From Raillietiella orientalis (taxonomy: Eukaryota): a stretch of 64,000 nt of DNA. Location: assembly GCA_036172245.1 (NCBI GenBank), contig JAYWIR010000015.1:4154001-4218000 (forward strand), given 5' to 3'. The stretch's first letter is position 1. Each line of letters begins with the position of its first letter. The notes beneath the pieces are model-generated. The model did not search any database. It saw nothing but the letters and a program-made list of their open reading frames with translations, and was not told the origin of the DNA. Shown piece after piece: positions 63,870 to 64,000 of this stretch. A program made the position numbers and the translations under genes.

Positions 63870-64000
63870 GAGGGAACCTCTCTTCCCCCCCCCCCCGCTA
63901 GGCACTCAAGAACCGTTCGCCACCTTAGGAAGCTCACGAAGCTCATTAACACTGTCCACGCCACCCGAGGGTGCATATAACCTTCAAGTTATAGGAGCTG
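63870..64000 (-). mobile_element. 3' end of the SINE-like family (continues beyond the window)
   Basis: AGAACCGTTCGCC..AAGCTC.TTAACACTG.CCACG.CACC and TTCAAGTTATAGG match 29700-29790 and 53235-53345. Confidence 0.7.

Overview
Eukaryotic (invertebrate animal) genomic DNA, not prokaryotic. Short 41-61 nt introns and a Nit-Fhit fusion are compatible with a nematode, but the host cannot be fixed from sequence alone. Three spliced genes can be assembled by hand: a SARA/endofin (ZFYVE9/16-family) FYVE protein (+, 5257-16612), a NitFhit fusion (-, 19403-21296) and an 8-LA-repeat VLDLR/lipophorin-receptor-like gene (-, 47687-57681). The left ~23 kb is AT-rich and CpG-depleted in gene bodies. The rest is GC-richer and full of decayed transposons: L1/Tx1-like LINEs, two mariner remnants and a Tigger/pogo remnant. 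The most interesting signal is a long (~0.6-0.9 kb) tRNA-headed, hairpin-array SINE-like family with 5 copies or fragments. One copy is interrupted twice, in the same orientation, by a Tx1-like LINE, once with an exact 11-bp target-site duplication. The 3' UTR of that LINE keeps a covarying stem-loop in three diverged copies. All coordinates and translations are from manual reading; no database searches were run.
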